Part shown: piece by piece, positions 40,998-50,723 of the stretch
Position numbering within the stretch: the first letter of the stretch is position 1
How the letters are laid out: every line of letters starts with the position of its first letter
Assembly: GCA_018673485.1 (NCBI GenBank)
Contig: JABHCP010000005.1
Location: forward strand, 102-64,101
Source: Candidatus Uhrbacteria bacterium
GTDB lineage: Bacteria > Patescibacteriota > Patescibacteriia > UBA9934
Length of the DNA stretch: 64,000 nucleotides
Reading direction: 5' to 3'
The notes under the pieces: generated by a model
The model's input: only the letters and a program-made list of their open reading frames with translations
The model's database searches: none
Told to the model about the DNA's origin: nothing
Program-made: the position numbers and the translations under genes

Positions 40998-41690
40998 CTA
41001 TTTTAGTAATTTTCTACGTATGAATTCATACAAAGGCCCAAGTACAAGTCCAAGTGCGAGCGCCCAATATATCAGATCAAGTGACACGCCATTGATGAAT
41101 TCATTAGTTTGGATGAAAGGGATGACCGGCGTTGTGCTCGTAAATGCCGATCCAAGCGTGGAGGCCAGAAATACAATGAACGCTGTGAATATTGCGCTCC
41201 AAATAGAATCCCCCAACAAGTCATGTCTGTGACTGGTAATGTATACGGCGAGTATGATCGCGGCGATTAGCAGAGCGACAGAGGTTGTGAGGCCAAACGC
41301 CACAGTTAGTAATATAGTTGCCCAAACAAAGAGCAATAGGCCAAAGAATGTGCCTAGTATCCAAGCGCTTGCAATAACATCTCTTTCTTTTTTGCGTTTT
41401 GGTTTGGGCATGTTTTGATAATGCTTACCAAAGAAAACGTGGAACACCGTTGATGCAATTCCAGCAACTGAGAATAAAAATATTAAGTCCAAAAATGATA
41501 GTGATGAAAACAGTGCTTGCATTGATCCTGCAGCTACAGCCTGCGTGGCGATCCAAATTGGCAACAAGAAAATTGAGAAGATGCTTATAATTAGCATTTC
41601 TTTTCTAAGCTCTTCCTTGGTGACAAAGATTAAGATCCATGTGAGTGCCAATATAAGCGACATCACAGAGTAGTAAGATAGTGCCTCCAT
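40998..41690 (-). CDS. membrane protein, hypothetical
   Basis: 230 aa, 6-7 TM segments. Confidence 0.55.
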   Translation of the reverse strand: MEALSYYSVMSLILALTWILIFVTKEELRKEMLIISIFSIFLLPIWIATQAVAAGSMQALFSSLSFLDLIFLFSVAGIASTVFHVFFGKHYQNMPKPKRKKERDVIASAWILGTFFGLLLFVWATILLTVAFGLTTSVALLIAAIILAVYITSHRHDLLGDSIWSAIFTAFIVFLASTLGSAFTSTTPVIPFIQTNEFINGVSLDLIYWALALGLVLGPLYEFIRRKLLK

Positions 41691-41714
41691 ATGTTTTTAT
41701 TATATCAGAAACAG

Positions 41715-41785
41715 AGGTCAGAACCCAGAACCCAGACGTCAGACTTCAGTCTAGTTTTTCGACTGGGTTCTGAAGTCTGACTTCT
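41715..41785. repeat. imperfect long inverted repeat (gtcagaacccag...ctgggttctgaagtctgac)
   Basis: Arms read directly; lies at the boundary of a high-GC islet. Confidence 0.5.
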
Positions 41786-41852
41786 TAGTTTTGTCAGATG
41801 CTTGAAGCCCCGCCGGAGTGGCCGGCAGGGCAGGAGGAGGGAATCAGTTGTG

Positions 41853-42248
41853 TCAGGCAATAGCGACCTCGCGGATGGAGCCATTGTTACGATCGATGAC
41901 CTCGAAAGTGGGTTGCGATACTGCGTGAACTTCGTCAGGACGCACGTTGGTCACGTCGACTGTGCTCAAGCGCATCTTGTATCGACGTGCGATTTCGTCT
42001 GCCATGTCGCAGATCAGGGCGAGACGTTCGTTCCGGCCGTTGATTACGCGACCTTTCACGCGGCCGACATCGCTGGGGTGGACCATGACGTCCACGACAA
42101 CACTGCGGCGCCCGGTGATGATATCGAGCCGAACGCACTCGGGGCGCGTGACGAAGCACATGATGAAGCTGACCAGGGCGGTCTCGAGCATGTCGATAGG
42201 CGTTGGTTCTGTAGTGGCCTGTTCGACGTGGGGTTCAGTTGCACTCAT
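41853..42248 (-). CDS. hypothetical protein (high-GC islet)
   Basis: 131 aa; promoter at 42331-42359. Confidence 0.45.
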   Translation of the reverse strand: MSATEPHVEQATTEPTPIDMLETALVSFIMCFVTRPECVRLDIITGRRSVVVDVMVHPSDVGRVKGRVINGRNERLALICDMADEIARRYKMRLSTVDVTNVRPDEVHAVSQPTFEVIDRNNGSIREVAIA

Positions 42249-42330
42249 GGTGTCTCCAGGGGATGGAGTGGAGGGGCGGGGGTCCCTCGAAGAAATCGAG
42301 GGGAGGGGCGTGAAGGAACTTCACATCAGC

Positions 42331-42359
42331 AGAATACGCAGATATTGGCGAAATGTCAA
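42331..42359 (-). promoter_or_regulatory. promoter TTGACA-17-TATTCT
   Basis: Minus-strand reading ttgacatttcgccaatatctgcgtattct. Confidence 0.45.
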
Positions 42360-42366
42360 GAGGGAA

Positions 42367-42452
42367 TGACGTAGGCGGTATGCAGTAGACAGTAGGCGGT
42401 AGACTAGGAGACTGAGTTTGAAGCCGCATACTGCCTACTGCATACTGCCTAC
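42367..42452. repeat. inverted repeat of TACTGCCTAC-type units; related copy at 60526-60560
   Basis: gtaggcggtatgcagtagacagtaggcgg versus gccgcatactgcctactgcatactgcctac. Confidence 0.5.
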
Positions 42453-42472
42453 TTTTGATATAATCACCCCAT

Positions 42473-43519
42473 ATGACAAAAGTAAAACCAAGCATTGCTC
42501 ACATTCGATGGTTCTTTATCGTCGCAAGTGTAATCGTTCTTTATTTATACTGGCAGGTGATAGCGCCGTTTGCGTTAGTGTTAGTCACCGCCGGTGTTTT
42601 TGCAATCATTCTTTCTCCAATTGAAATTAGGTTAAGAAAACTAGTGCGCAGCAAGAAGTTGTCAGCCTTTATTATGTTACTGGCAGTATTGGTTATTGTG
42701 GTGGGACCGTTATTTGGTGTGGCGGCTCTTATGGTTCAGCAGGCATCTGACGTAGTCGAGATCACAATCAGTCAAGACACGATTATTGAAGGTTTTAGAG
42801 AGTCGACAAGCTCGGTCTACAATGTTCTACCAAAAGCACTGCAAGATGAAGTTCGTTCTATTGATTTAGTTGAGTTAGGTAGGGCTGCAGCAACTTGGGC
42901 AGCTGAAAACGTTGCATCGATATTATCAAGTACTGCTAAGATCCTGATCCATGTGATGATTTTCTTTATTGCATTGTTTTATTTCTTGCATGACCGTGAG
43001 GAGATTTATATATTAGCACTGGACATCAGTCCGTTTAAAGATAGTTTGGACGCAAAGATTTTGAAGCGAATATCCAACACCGTAAGGTCGGTTGTCTTTG
43101 GCGCGTTAGTCGTGGCGGTGGTGCAGGCCACTTTGGCAACAATTGGTATGACAATATTTGGAGTGCCAGGGGCCATACTCTGGGGTGCACTCGTTATCAT
43201 CGCATCACAAGTACCGATGGTCGGAACTAGCATCATATTAGTTCCAGCGATTATCTATTTATTGATCATTGGGCAGCCATGGGCAGCGCTTGGACTTTTA
43301 ATTTGGTCGGTTGTGGCAGTGAGCACAGTTGATAATCTGATTTCACCATTTATAGTTGGCTCCAAGACTCACATGAATCAGTTGTTGATCCTCATTTCGA
43401 TATTGGGAGGTCTGCAATGGCTCGGACCAATTGGGTTTATCATCGGACCAACAATCCTCGCAGCTGTAATGGTGGTAGTCGAGCTTTATCGAAATGGGAT
43501 TCTCGATAGAGGGAGGTAA
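42473..43519 (+). CDS. AI-2E family transporter (UPF0118/PerM)
   Basis: 8 TM segments; conserved GxxxGxxPxxxA C-terminal region. Confidence 0.8.
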   Translation: MTKVKPSIAHIRWFFIVASVIVLYLYWQVIAPFALVLVTAGVFAIILSPIEIRLRKLVRSKKLSAFIMLLAVLVIVVGPLFGVAALMVQQASDVVEITISQDTIIEGFRESTSSVYNVLPKALQDEVRSIDLVELGRAAATWAAENVASILSSTAKILIHVMIFFIALFYFLHDREEIYILALDISPFKDSLDAKILKRISNTVRSVVFGALVVAVVQATLATIGMTIFGVPGAILWGALVIIASQVPMVGTSIILVPAIIYLLIIGQPWAALGLLIWSVVAVSTVDNLISPFIVGSKTHMNQLLILISILGGLQWLGPIGFIIGPTILAAVMVVVELYRNGILDRGR

Positions 43520-43621
43520 TTAATCGTAAAGATTGTCGGATAAGTCCGGACAAAATAGCCGTAGCAATTATGGCTATTTTTGGTACAATAATATAGTTAC
43601 TTATACCATTGCCGATCATTT

Positions 43622-44380
43622 ATGAAAAACAAAGCTATTATTACTAATGCAGAGTTGGAGCTAATCGGTCTTAATCAAAGAGACCTTGATGTCTACCTCG
43701 CACTTGCAAAACTTGGAAGTGCGCCATTGCGTAGAGTTGCAGAGATCTCGAAGATCAGTCGCTCTACTGTGCATGATGTGTTGCGAAGACTTATTGATCT
43801 TGAGCTTGTGAGCTTTGTTGATGGCTCATCTCATCGATATTTCACAGCTGAAGACCCAAAGCAGTTGCGTAGGCTTGTGTCCCGCAAAGAGCTCGCGCTC
43901 AGTGAGGCTCGCGAAAGAATCGAAAAAGCGATTCCTGAGTTTCAAGATATCTTTGGTTCAATGTCGTATCGTCCAACGGTAAGGTATTACGAAGGTCCGC
44001 GCGGGGTAAAGCAAATTCTGCAAGACGTTCTTTCTACAACTAAGCGAACAAAGGCAAAAAAGTATAGAGTATATTCAAGTTCTGGTATTCGTGATCTGAT
44101 CGCGCAAGCATGGCCACGGTATAACGCAACGCGAAAGCAGAATAAAGTGAACGTGCGTGCGATCGCGCTTGGTGCGGGTGGAAAAACCTATGGACTCGAT
44201 CAGCGTAAGTGGCTCACTCAAAAGCAAAGCGCCCCAACTTACATCTTTATCTATGGCGACAAGACCGCATACGTGTCAGCTGACGAAAAGTCACGACTCT
44301 TTGGTGTAATCATCGATGACAAGTCAATCTCGCAAACACAAAAAATGATCTTCGATCATTTGTGGCGGCATCTTGGGTGA
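43622..44380 (+). CDS. TrmB-family HTH transcriptional regulator
   Basis: N-terminal wHTH LRRVAEISKISRSTVHDVLRRL plus TrmB C-terminal domain. Confidence 0.75.
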   Translation: MKNKAIITNAELELIGLNQRDLDVYLALAKLGSAPLRRVAEISKISRSTVHDVLRRLIDLELVSFVDGSSHRYFTAEDPKQLRRLVSRKELALSEARERIEKAIPEFQDIFGSMSYRPTVRYYEGPRGVKQILQDVLSTTKRTKAKKYRVYSSSGIRDLIAQAWPRYNATRKQNKVNVRAIALGAGGKTYGLDQRKWLTQKQSAPTYIFIYGDKTAYVSADEKSRLFGVIIDDKSISQTQKMIFDHLWRHLG

Positions 44381-44390
44381 TGATGAGCTC

Positions 44391-44426
44391 CTCCCCCTTC
44401 CCAAGGGGGAGATAGAGGGGGTTGCC
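44391..44426. repeat. palindromic repeat copy D (reverse orientation, TCTATC variant)
   Basis: Reverse complement ggcaaccccctctatctcccccttgggaagggggag, 11 nt after the TrmB-family gene stop. Confidence 0.75.
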
Positions 44427-44518
44427 GTCTTTCGTGTCATTCTGAACATAGTGAAGAATTTATTGAGCAGATCCTTCACTTCGTTCAGGATGACAGTCAA
44501 CAACACCGGAGGTTACAG

Positions 44519-44926
44519 ATGCAGTTTCCAGAACATTTGAATATTCTTTACATCACGCGGCAGTGCTGTATCAAAAGTCAGTTAGCACCTAAGCTGAGCA
44601 AGGATTCAAGCGAGGTGCACAGTGTGACGTACCGCGGAGCACAGGCTCTGCGTTGGTTTATTGAACGCCAGGCGCAGGGTCAGTCCTATGACGCGGTAAT
44701 CGTCGAAATCGGCGTGCACTTTCCAGATCTTGATGACGCACTCATTGCCATGCGAATTCTTTTTCCAAAGGTCGTAGTTATTCTCAACTACGGCGCTTAC
44801 AAGTTCGGTGAGTTCAACTGCGATTATCATAAAGAGATCGTAGAGGCTCACGCCATGATAGTAGCCTGGAACGAGGACGAGCTAATCGCAAAGCTCCTGG
44901 AGCTGGCACAGTGCAAGGCCGCCTAA
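44519..44926 (+). CDS. hypothetical protein (possible degenerate receiver-like fold)
   Basis: GGAGG Shine-Dalgarno; 135 aa. Confidence 0.5.
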   Translation: MQFPEHLNILYITRQCCIKSQLAPKLSKDSSEVHSVTYRGAQALRWFIERQAQGQSYDAVIVEIGVHFPDLDDALIAMRILFPKVVVILNYGAYKFGEFNCDYHKEIVEAHAMIVAWNEDELIAKLLELAQCKAA

Positions 44927-45017
44927 TTCGCTCGTACTCACAACCCCGTTCATTAACGCACCTCGTTTTGGCGGGGTGTTGTGCTTAATATGTTTATTCT
45001 GATAGTCTTTACTTCAT

Positions 45018-45647
45018 ATGAAACAAGATTTTAAATTAAAAATGCTTTTGGGAGTATTTATTGGATTGCTGGTAGGGATGAATCTTTTGGGAGGGAAGAT
45101 TACAACGTTGCTTGGTATTTCAGTGTCTGTTGGAATATTCATGGTTCCATTAACGTTTTTAATTACAGATATAATTGCAGAGGTGTTCGGCAAAAAGACT
45201 GCACAGCAGTTTGTTATTATTGGACTTATTACATTGATAATCACTTTCGTTTACACAGCATTGTTTGTAATCCTTGGCCCACATGAGCGTTATGAGTTTA
45301 ACGATGCATATGTGACGATCTTTGGAACGTCCTTGCGTATGATGATTGCCAGCATTATTGCTTTTGCGGTAGCACAGCTCCACGACGTTTGGGCGTTTGA
45401 GTTTTGGAAAAAGAAGACCAAGGGCAAGATGCTCTGGCTGCGAAATAACCTATCGACGTTTGTGTCCCAAGCAATCGACACGCTCCTATTCATGACAATC
45501 GCGTTTTACGGAATCTCAGACAAATTCACATTCGCATTCATTATTAGCCTCTCAATCCCATACTATCTCTTCAAAATCGCATTTGCCGCTATAGACACCC
45601 CGTTTGTTTATTTAGGAGTAAAGTGGCTGCAGAGCGGGGAAGAGTGA
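45018..45647 (+). CDS. queuosine precursor transporter (YhhQ/DUF165 family)
   Basis: 6 TM helices; the family-typical ITDIIAEVFGKK motif. Confidence 0.75.
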   Translation: MKQDFKLKMLLGVFIGLLVGMNLLGGKITTLLGISVSVGIFMVPLTFLITDIIAEVFGKKTAQQFVIIGLITLIITFVYTALFVILGPHERYEFNDAYVTIFGTSLRMMIASIIAFAVAQLHDVWAFEFWKKKTKGKMLWLRNNLSTFVSQAIDTLLFMTIAFYGISDKFTFAFIISLSIPYYLFKIAFAAIDTPFVYLGVKWLQSGEE

Positions 45648-45669
45648 TAAGTATAGTTTCGAAATTAAA

Positions 45670-45694
45670 AAAACACGCATTGCGCGTGTTTTTT
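45670..45694 (+). terminator. terminator aaacacgcattgcgcgtgttt + T-run
   Basis: Perfect hairpin. Confidence 0.7.
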
Positions 45695-45795
45695 AATTGT
45701 ATAAAGCGAATACCCACGGTCTACAGCGAGGCTGCGGACCGTGGGCAGGGAGCGTCCTACTTGGAGGACTACTCGGGTGATGGGCTCCTGATCGC

Positions 45796-45933
45796 TAGAG
45801 CTCCATCATGAGGCCGATGTCGTCCCAGAGGCGGCTCCACCAGGAGCTCGAGTCGGTGTCGGTGTCGGCGACGGCGGCGGAGGAGGCGGTCAGCATCGTG
45901 CCCAGCAGTGCGATCATGATCAGCTTCTTCATG
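45796..45933 (-). CDS. small secreted peptide (45 aa) with signal peptide
   Basis: MKKLIMIALLGTMLTASSAAVADTDTDSSSWWSRLWDDIGLMMEL; GGAGA Shine-Dalgarno; preferred over the overlapping 78-aa ORF-track frame. Confidence 0.4.
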
Positions 45934-46037
45934 TCTTCTCCAGTCTTGCAGATGCGGCACGGAAACGCTCCGAAACCTTATGCAAGCCACAACACTTTGC
46001 CACATTTTAGGCTTTTTGTCAACCCCCTACGCCTGAT

Positions 46038-46092
46038 ACCCAAAAAGCAAAAACGCCGCCCTGCGAGGATGCAGAGACGGCGAAGGTATTGG
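46038..46092 (-). terminator. ~55-nt 3'-flank repeat with hairpin and TTTTGCTTTTT tail (copy 1)
   Basis: Homologous to 47013-47068; immediately after the stop of 46114-46863. Confidence 0.55.
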
Positions 46093-46113
46093 TGAGTAGG
46101 CCCACCACAAACG

Positions 46114-46863
46114 CTAGAAAGAGTCCGGGGGAAGCCCTGTGGCAGCCTTTGACCACTGGATCCACGCTGGGTGGTTCGGGTCGCCTTTGGCGTCCATGAA
46201 GAGGCGGGAAGCGAGGAAACAGCCATCGTCGGCTGAGAATCCACGGAACCGTCCACCGTCGAACATGGGCTTGTACACTTTTTCCATGCTGTACCACCAG
46301 GCATCTGCCTCGGACTGGCGGAGCGTCTCCGGATCCATGGCGCGACCGGCAAAATCCTGCTGAGTCAGGTGATAGCCTTCGTGGGTAACGACGCCGACGA
46401 GGTAGTCCTCGACGGTCTCGCGGTCGTGGCTCTCGTAGAGATCCCTCAGGTTCACGTACACGAAGCCGATTTTCTTTTTTCCGTTCTCCGTGACCGCGTA
46501 GGCAAGGGCATTCTGATTCATGGCACCAGTCTGCATCCCGACCCGGATCTCTCCGTTGGCGACCATACCCATGATCAAAGCCATCTCTTTGCGAGCTGTC
46601 TCGATCGGGTACTCGTTCGCGAGTCGGTAGAGGTCGGGCATGAAGACGCGTTCGACGAACTCCACGTCCTCTTGGGTCACCTTGTGAGCCTGGGTGCCTT
46701 GCTGAGGCGCAGGTCTCGCAACAGTCTTCGTGACGGCAGGCACCGGGTTGTTCGACTCGGTACTTTTGTCACCGCTCAAGTGGTCTAGGGCGGCAAAGAC
46801 GACGAAGATTGCGATCACAGACCAGGCGATGGACGTAAACCTCTTTTTGCGTGTACTCGACAT
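46114..46863 (-). CDS. secreted HExxH-motif protein (putative zinc metallopeptidase-like), high-GC
   Basis: Signal/TM anchor; VTHEGYHL HExxH motif. Start moved to MSSTRKK (GGAGA Shine-Dalgarno) because the promoter at 46912-46940 lies inside the ORF-track extension. Confidence 0.55.
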   Translation of the reverse strand: MSSTRKKRFTSIAWSVIAIFVVFAALDHLSGDKSTESNNPVPAVTKTVARPAPQQGTQAHKVTQEDVEFVERVFMPDLYRLANEYPIETARKEMALIMGMVANGEIRVGMQTGAMNQNALAYAVTENGKKKIGFVYVNLRDLYESHDRETVEDYLVGVVTHEGYHLTQQDFAGRAMDPETLRQSEADAWWYSMEKVYKPMFDGGRFRGFSADDGCFLASRLFMDAKGDPNHPAWIQWSKAATGLPPDSF

Positions 46864-46911
46864 GGGTTCTCCCTGTGTTGATGTTGTGTTCAAAGATTTG
46901 AACGACAGCTC

Positions 46912-46940
46912 AGAGTAGCCTAAAAATTCAATTTTGTCAA
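46912..46940 (-). promoter_or_regulatory. promoter TTGACA-17-TACTCT
   Basis: Minus-strand reading ttgacaaaattgaatttttaggctactct. Confidence 0.5.
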
Positions 46941-47012
46941 TGGGGGAGTGGTTATATTGATTATCGAGCTTACTTAAAATACAGTATCCGATATCGTATT
47001 CTGACGCTTGAT

Positions 47013-47068
47013 ATCCAAAAAGCAAAAGCGCCATCCTGCGAGAGTACAGAGATGGCGAGGGGTATGGG
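47013..47068 (-). terminator. ~55-nt 3'-flank repeat (copy 2)
   Basis: Immediately after the stop of 47079-47723. Confidence 0.55.
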
Positions 47069-47078
47069 CAGGTGGTGC

Positions 47079-47723
47079 CTACCAGAAGATCCAGACGATG
47101 GTAACGATGATCCAGGTGATTTCGTTGGAGAGCTCACTGATTGCCATGCCTCGAAGTGATCGGTTCCATCCTGCCTCGCGAACTGCAAAGGCAAGTTGAC
47201 CAATACGGATGAGTGTCGTTGCGTGAGCGATCCAAACTGCGATGGCTGCAATGCCGTCTCCACCGACGAGGCTGATCTTGTAGGCCATAGCGAAGTGTGG
47301 AATGCCTCGGAAGATGCCCGCAAGCCATCCTCGGATGATCGGATCTGTGATACTTAGCTTTCGTCGCCAGGCAACGGTGAAGATTCCGATTATCGTGATC
47401 ACCACGACAGTGCTGGCGAGTGTGTCGTACCATCCCCATCCGACCTCTGACATACGAACCAGCAATAGGCCAACGAGAAGGCCGATGCCAACTGTCCAAC
47501 CTGTGTGCGTGATGAGAAGTTGCATCACCGCTCGTCCAGGTGTGTCACGCCAGCTGAGCCAAGCCAGACTCATGTTGATGATGCAGAAGATCTCGCCGAA
47601 GATGAGCCACGTGGGGCTGATTCCTTCAACGGACTGCGTCATGCGGTGTGCTTGCCCACCTACAAAGAAGACCATCAGGATCATCTGAAGCGCAAAGAGC
47701 GCGTCTGATTTTTTGATTTTCAA
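47079..47723 (-). CDS. polytopic membrane protein, hypothetical (high-GC)
   Basis: AAGGAG Shine-Dalgarno; 6-7 TM segments. Confidence 0.55.
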   Translation of the reverse strand: MKIKKSDALFALQMILMVFFVGGQAHRMTQSVEGISPTWLIFGEIFCIINMSLAWLSWRDTPGRAVMQLLITHTGWTVGIGLLVGLLLVRMSEVGWGWYDTLASTVVVITIIGIFTVAWRRKLSITDPIIRGWLAGIFRGIPHFAMAYKISLVGGDGIAAIAVWIAHATTLIRIGQLAFAVREAGWNRSLRGMAISELSNEITWIIVTIVWIFW

Positions 47724-47808
47724 AAGAGCTCCTTGTTCGAGATTCTAGACTGGAAGCACAAGGGCAAAAGTGCCAACGTACTCTGAGTCAAGAAAATGAT
47801 ATTAGTCT

Positions 47809-47837
47809 AAAAATGGCATTTTGTCAATCGTATAAAC
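47809..47837 (-). promoter_or_regulatory. promoter TTGACA-17-TAATAT
   Basis: Minus-strand reading ttgacaaaatgccatttttagactaatat. Confidence 0.55.
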
Positions 47838-47890
47838 CCCCTCAAGGTTAGTTGAGAGGGTTTATACATTATTATATTAGGGTTGGTATT

Positions 47891-48376
47891 TTAGTTATGA
47901 TGATCTATTCCTTTGTAGGCATTGATGAATATTTTGATGCGTTCCTCATCGAAATCATCCAATTCATCTATTTTATTCCACGCAGTTAATACAATCGAAG
48001 TATTCAATCCTGAGTATGGTTCGAGTATCACTAGTGTTGAATAGTTTCTAACAATGTCTTCTAGATCACTAATAACTTCTTGTGAAACACGTTCATTGTC
48101 ATAATGCACGATGACGCCACCATCTTCAAGATTGTGTATTTGAATCTCATCGGCAATCTGCTCATCGTGGATTCCCCATTTGGCGATATTTCCAACGTGA
48201 GGGCCTGAGGTTGGTGGCGTTGTATTGTATGCACTGTGTGGTGTATCAATAGAGTCAATGTGCTCATTACCCATGTCCGAAATTTGTACTCCTGGCGATG
48301 GTTGCATGGCAGACCATATTATAAGTCCCGCGATTAATATAATCGATCCCCCGATTATATATTGTGTTTTAGTCAT
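47891..48376 (-). CDS. DUF3105 family protein
   Basis: N-terminal TM; conserved PPTSGPH motif. Confidence 0.65.
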   Translation of the reverse strand: MTKTQYIIGGSIILIAGLIIWSAMQPSPGVQISDMGNEHIDSIDTPHSAYNTTPPTSGPHVGNIAKWGIHDEQIADEIQIHNLEDGGVIVHYDNERVSQEVISDLEDIVRNYSTLVILEPYSGLNTSIVLTAWNKIDELDDFDEERIKIFINAYKGIDHHN

Positions 48377-48378
48377 AG

Positions 48379-48939
48379 TTATATTTTACAGATGAATGAT
48401 TTTTTACCCGCCTGTAATAGCAGATAATATGTTGATCCCATGATAAGCACTAAGCTTGTGATGGTAAACTCTAGTCCGTTGAGCGGAAGCAGTCCAATGA
48501 ATTGGCTCGCAGCAGTTAGTCCGACGAGTGATGATAGTATTACAGATCCGCACGCAGTGCAGCCAACTCCAAGAACTCCTACAATAACGCCTATTACCCC
48601 TAAGCCATTTGTGCGATGAAGTTTTGTACGGCTACGTACTTGATCATAGACTAAGGCAATATTCATGCCAGTTAATATGCTGATGAATATATAGCTAATC
48701 AGTGATGCTGTACTAAAGTTCGTTCCCAGGCTTCCCAAAAGACTGAATATTATTCGAGTTTTATCCCAAATTGAATATGTTTCTGGTAGGGATAATATCA
48801 GCGAACGATTTGGTAGTAGAGCTATAAATGCGAGGAAGGCCCCTGCGACGATAATCGTAATGATTAACGCGCGGGGTTTCATGAATACACGGCGAAAGCC
48901 TGTATAAATATTCGTCATATAATTATCTGAGCGAAGCAT
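48379..48939 (-). CDS. membrane protein, hypothetical (CxxC in TM region)
   Basis: 186 aa; GCTACG motif. Confidence 0.55.
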   Translation of the reverse strand: MLRSDNYMTNIYTGFRRVFMKPRALIITIIVAGAFLAFIALLPNRSLILSLPETYSIWDKTRIIFSLLGSLGTNFSTASLISYIFISILTGMNIALVYDQVRSRTKLHRTNGLGVIGVIVGVLGVGCTACGSVILSSLVGLTAASQFIGLLPLNGLEFTITSLVLIMGSTYYLLLQAGKKSFICKI

Positions 48940-49711
48940 CTATGATGCTTTGAATAGAGCTATATGGAATTGCTCCGGAAATAAGCTGTGCATTTCCATC
49001 AGCGTCAATGAAGATTGACCCAGGTGTTCCTGTAACGCCGGCACTAGCTCCCCCAGCAATATCTTCATTTATGTGGTCTTCATAGCGATCATCGTCTAGG
49101 CAAGTTTGGAAGTCTGATTCATCTATTCCTAACTCTACCGCGAAATTTACAAGATCACCTTCGCTCATTCCATTTCCATTCGAGCTCGTTTCATTGAAGA
49201 TGTAGTCATGCATATCCCAGAATGCATCGTTCCCAGCAAATTCATTTGCACATTCTGTTGCTTCTGCCTGAGTCATGGCCAGTGGTAAGTGAAAGCTTAA
49301 TGGAAAGTGTCGGAATATGAGTTTTATTTCTCCTTCATAGTCTTCCAACATGCTGTCCATTGTTGGCATGAAACGTTTACAGAACGGGCATTCAAAGTCT
49401 GAGTATTCGATCCAGGTTAGTGGAGCGTCTACGTCGCCTCTTATATGATCATCATCTGTGATTGGTGGCACGATCGTATTATTGGCCGTAGGCGCCTGAG
49501 CTTCATTGTTATTAACGGTAATGACTGTGGGTTCGTCAGTGTCTGATGTCGTGGAGGTTAATGAGAGATCTGATATATTGTTGAATAACAAGGTAATAGC
49601 TATTCCAGACACCAGTCCAAATATAAGTAACATTTTTGGATTCCCGTCAAAGAATCCTTTTTTCTGATTTTGCATAATATAAAATAAATTATTAATAGAA
49701 TGTTCGTACAA
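48923..49711 (-). CDS. DsbA-like thioredoxin-fold thiol-disulfide oxidoreductase
   Basis: CPFC active site; DSBA-type fold motifs (cis-Pro TGTPGS). Confidence 0.8.
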   Translation of the reverse strand: MYEHSINNLFYIMQNQKKGFFDGNPKMLLIFGLVSGIAITLLFNNISDLSLTSTTSDTDEPTVITVNNNEAQAPTANNTIVPPITDDDHIRGDVDAPLTWIEYSDFECPFCKRFMPTMDSMLEDYEGEIKLIFRHFPLSFHLPLAMTQAEATECANEFAGNDAFWDMHDYIFNETSSNGNGMSEGDLVNFAVELGIDESDFQTCLDDDRYEDHINEDIAGGASAGVTGTPGSIFIDADGNAQLISGAIPYSSIQSIIDASLR

Positions 49712-49721
49712 TCTATTTTAT

Positions 49722-50186
49722 CTACGCGTCATGCATTGGCACGAAAAAGGGTATAAATGATTTTGATGATAAAAAAGGTCTTTGCTTCGCCCATATCCAA
49801 CGCATAAACTTCATTCTATGAATCGTTGGATATAATAGTTTTTGTTCAAATGTTTTTGGGAGTGGAAAATGTATTGCAGCAATGATTGTCAGGATTGCCA
49901 GGAATAGAATATTTTTATTTGGTACAACTGCTTCTGATGTTTCCGTGTCTTTATGCAGTGTGCTAGACATTTCATGGTTATGGCATGCAGATGTTGCAAC
50001 ACCAAGTGCTAAGCCTACGTTTTGGTTGCAAGTTGATTGAATCAGCGGAAGAAATGAGGCGAGCAAAACAAATGTAAGTACCACGACAAATAAATTGCGT
50101 ACTTTCTTGATATCTATTTTGTCCTTGTATTGAATCACACCCAGTTGGTCCTTAATTTCCTTTTTAACATCATAACAAATACTCAT
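49722..50186 (-). CDS. membrane protein, hypothetical
   Basis: 154 aa, Cys/His-containing. Confidence 0.45.
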   Translation of the reverse strand: MSICYDVKKEIKDQLGVIQYKDKIDIKKVRNLFVVVLTFVLLASFLPLIQSTCNQNVGLALGVATSACHNHEMSSTLHKDTETSEAVVPNKNILFLAILTIIAAIHFPLPKTFEQKLLYPTIHRMKFMRWIWAKQRPFLSSKSFIPFFVPMHDA

Positions 50187-50310
50187 TGTATGTGCTACAT
50201 TTCTGGCTTGGCTATTTCTGGTACTTAGCTATGCTATTGCGGCTTCGGCACACTTATCCTGTCTGGAAATTTCCAATGAAAATAGTCACCTATTCGGTGA
50301 CTGCTTTTCA

Positions 50311-50385
50311 TGGTGACCCCAGGGGGAATCGAACCCCCATTTCCAGGATGAAAACCTGGCGTCCTAACCATTAGACGATGGGGCC
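50311..50385 (-). tRNA. tRNA-Glu(TTC)
   Basis: ggccccatcgtctaatggttaggacgccaggttTTCatcctgg...ggttcgattccccc...acca. Confidence 0.9.
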
Positions 50386-50634
50386 GGGGTATGTACCTTC
50401 TTTTAATTCCTTACGAACTTTACCAGATCTTTTGATTTGACGTTCTCTTTGAATTGCCTCTTTTTTGTTCTCGTAAACTTCGGAATAAATTAATCTGTAT
50501 GGTACAAACGGCTTCGTTGATCTTGTTTTTCCAGAATTATGCTCAAGCAATCGACGCTCGATATCATCTGTTGAGCCAATATATAGACACTTATTTATCT
50601 CACTTTGTATTACATAAACGAAATATATAATCAT
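50371..50634 (-). CDS. small GIY-YIG nuclease-family protein (YhbQ/UPF0213-like)
   Basis: IIYFVYVIQS...LYIGSTDDIERRLLEHNSG...REKQIK. The stop codon lies inside the tRNA-Glu 5' end. Start at the internal ATG with a GGAGA Shine-Dalgarno. Confidence 0.7.
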   Translation of the reverse strand: MIIYFVYVIQSEINKCLYIGSTDDIERRLLEHNSGKTRSTKPFVPYRLIYSEVYENKKEAIQRERQIKRSGKVRKELKEGTYPGPIV

Positions 50635-50671
50635 ATGCGTCTCCGGCGTAGCCGGACCCGGCTCCGCCGGG

Positions 50672-50698
50672 CTAACCATTAGACGATGGGGCCGGGGT
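50672..50698 (-). repeat. 27-nt duplicate of the tRNA-Glu 5' end (direct repeat partner of 50364-50390)
   Basis: ctaaccattagacgatggggccggggt occurs at both sites. Confidence 0.8.
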
Positions 50699-50723
50699 GG
50701 ATGGTGTTTGTGTTTGCGTCAGA

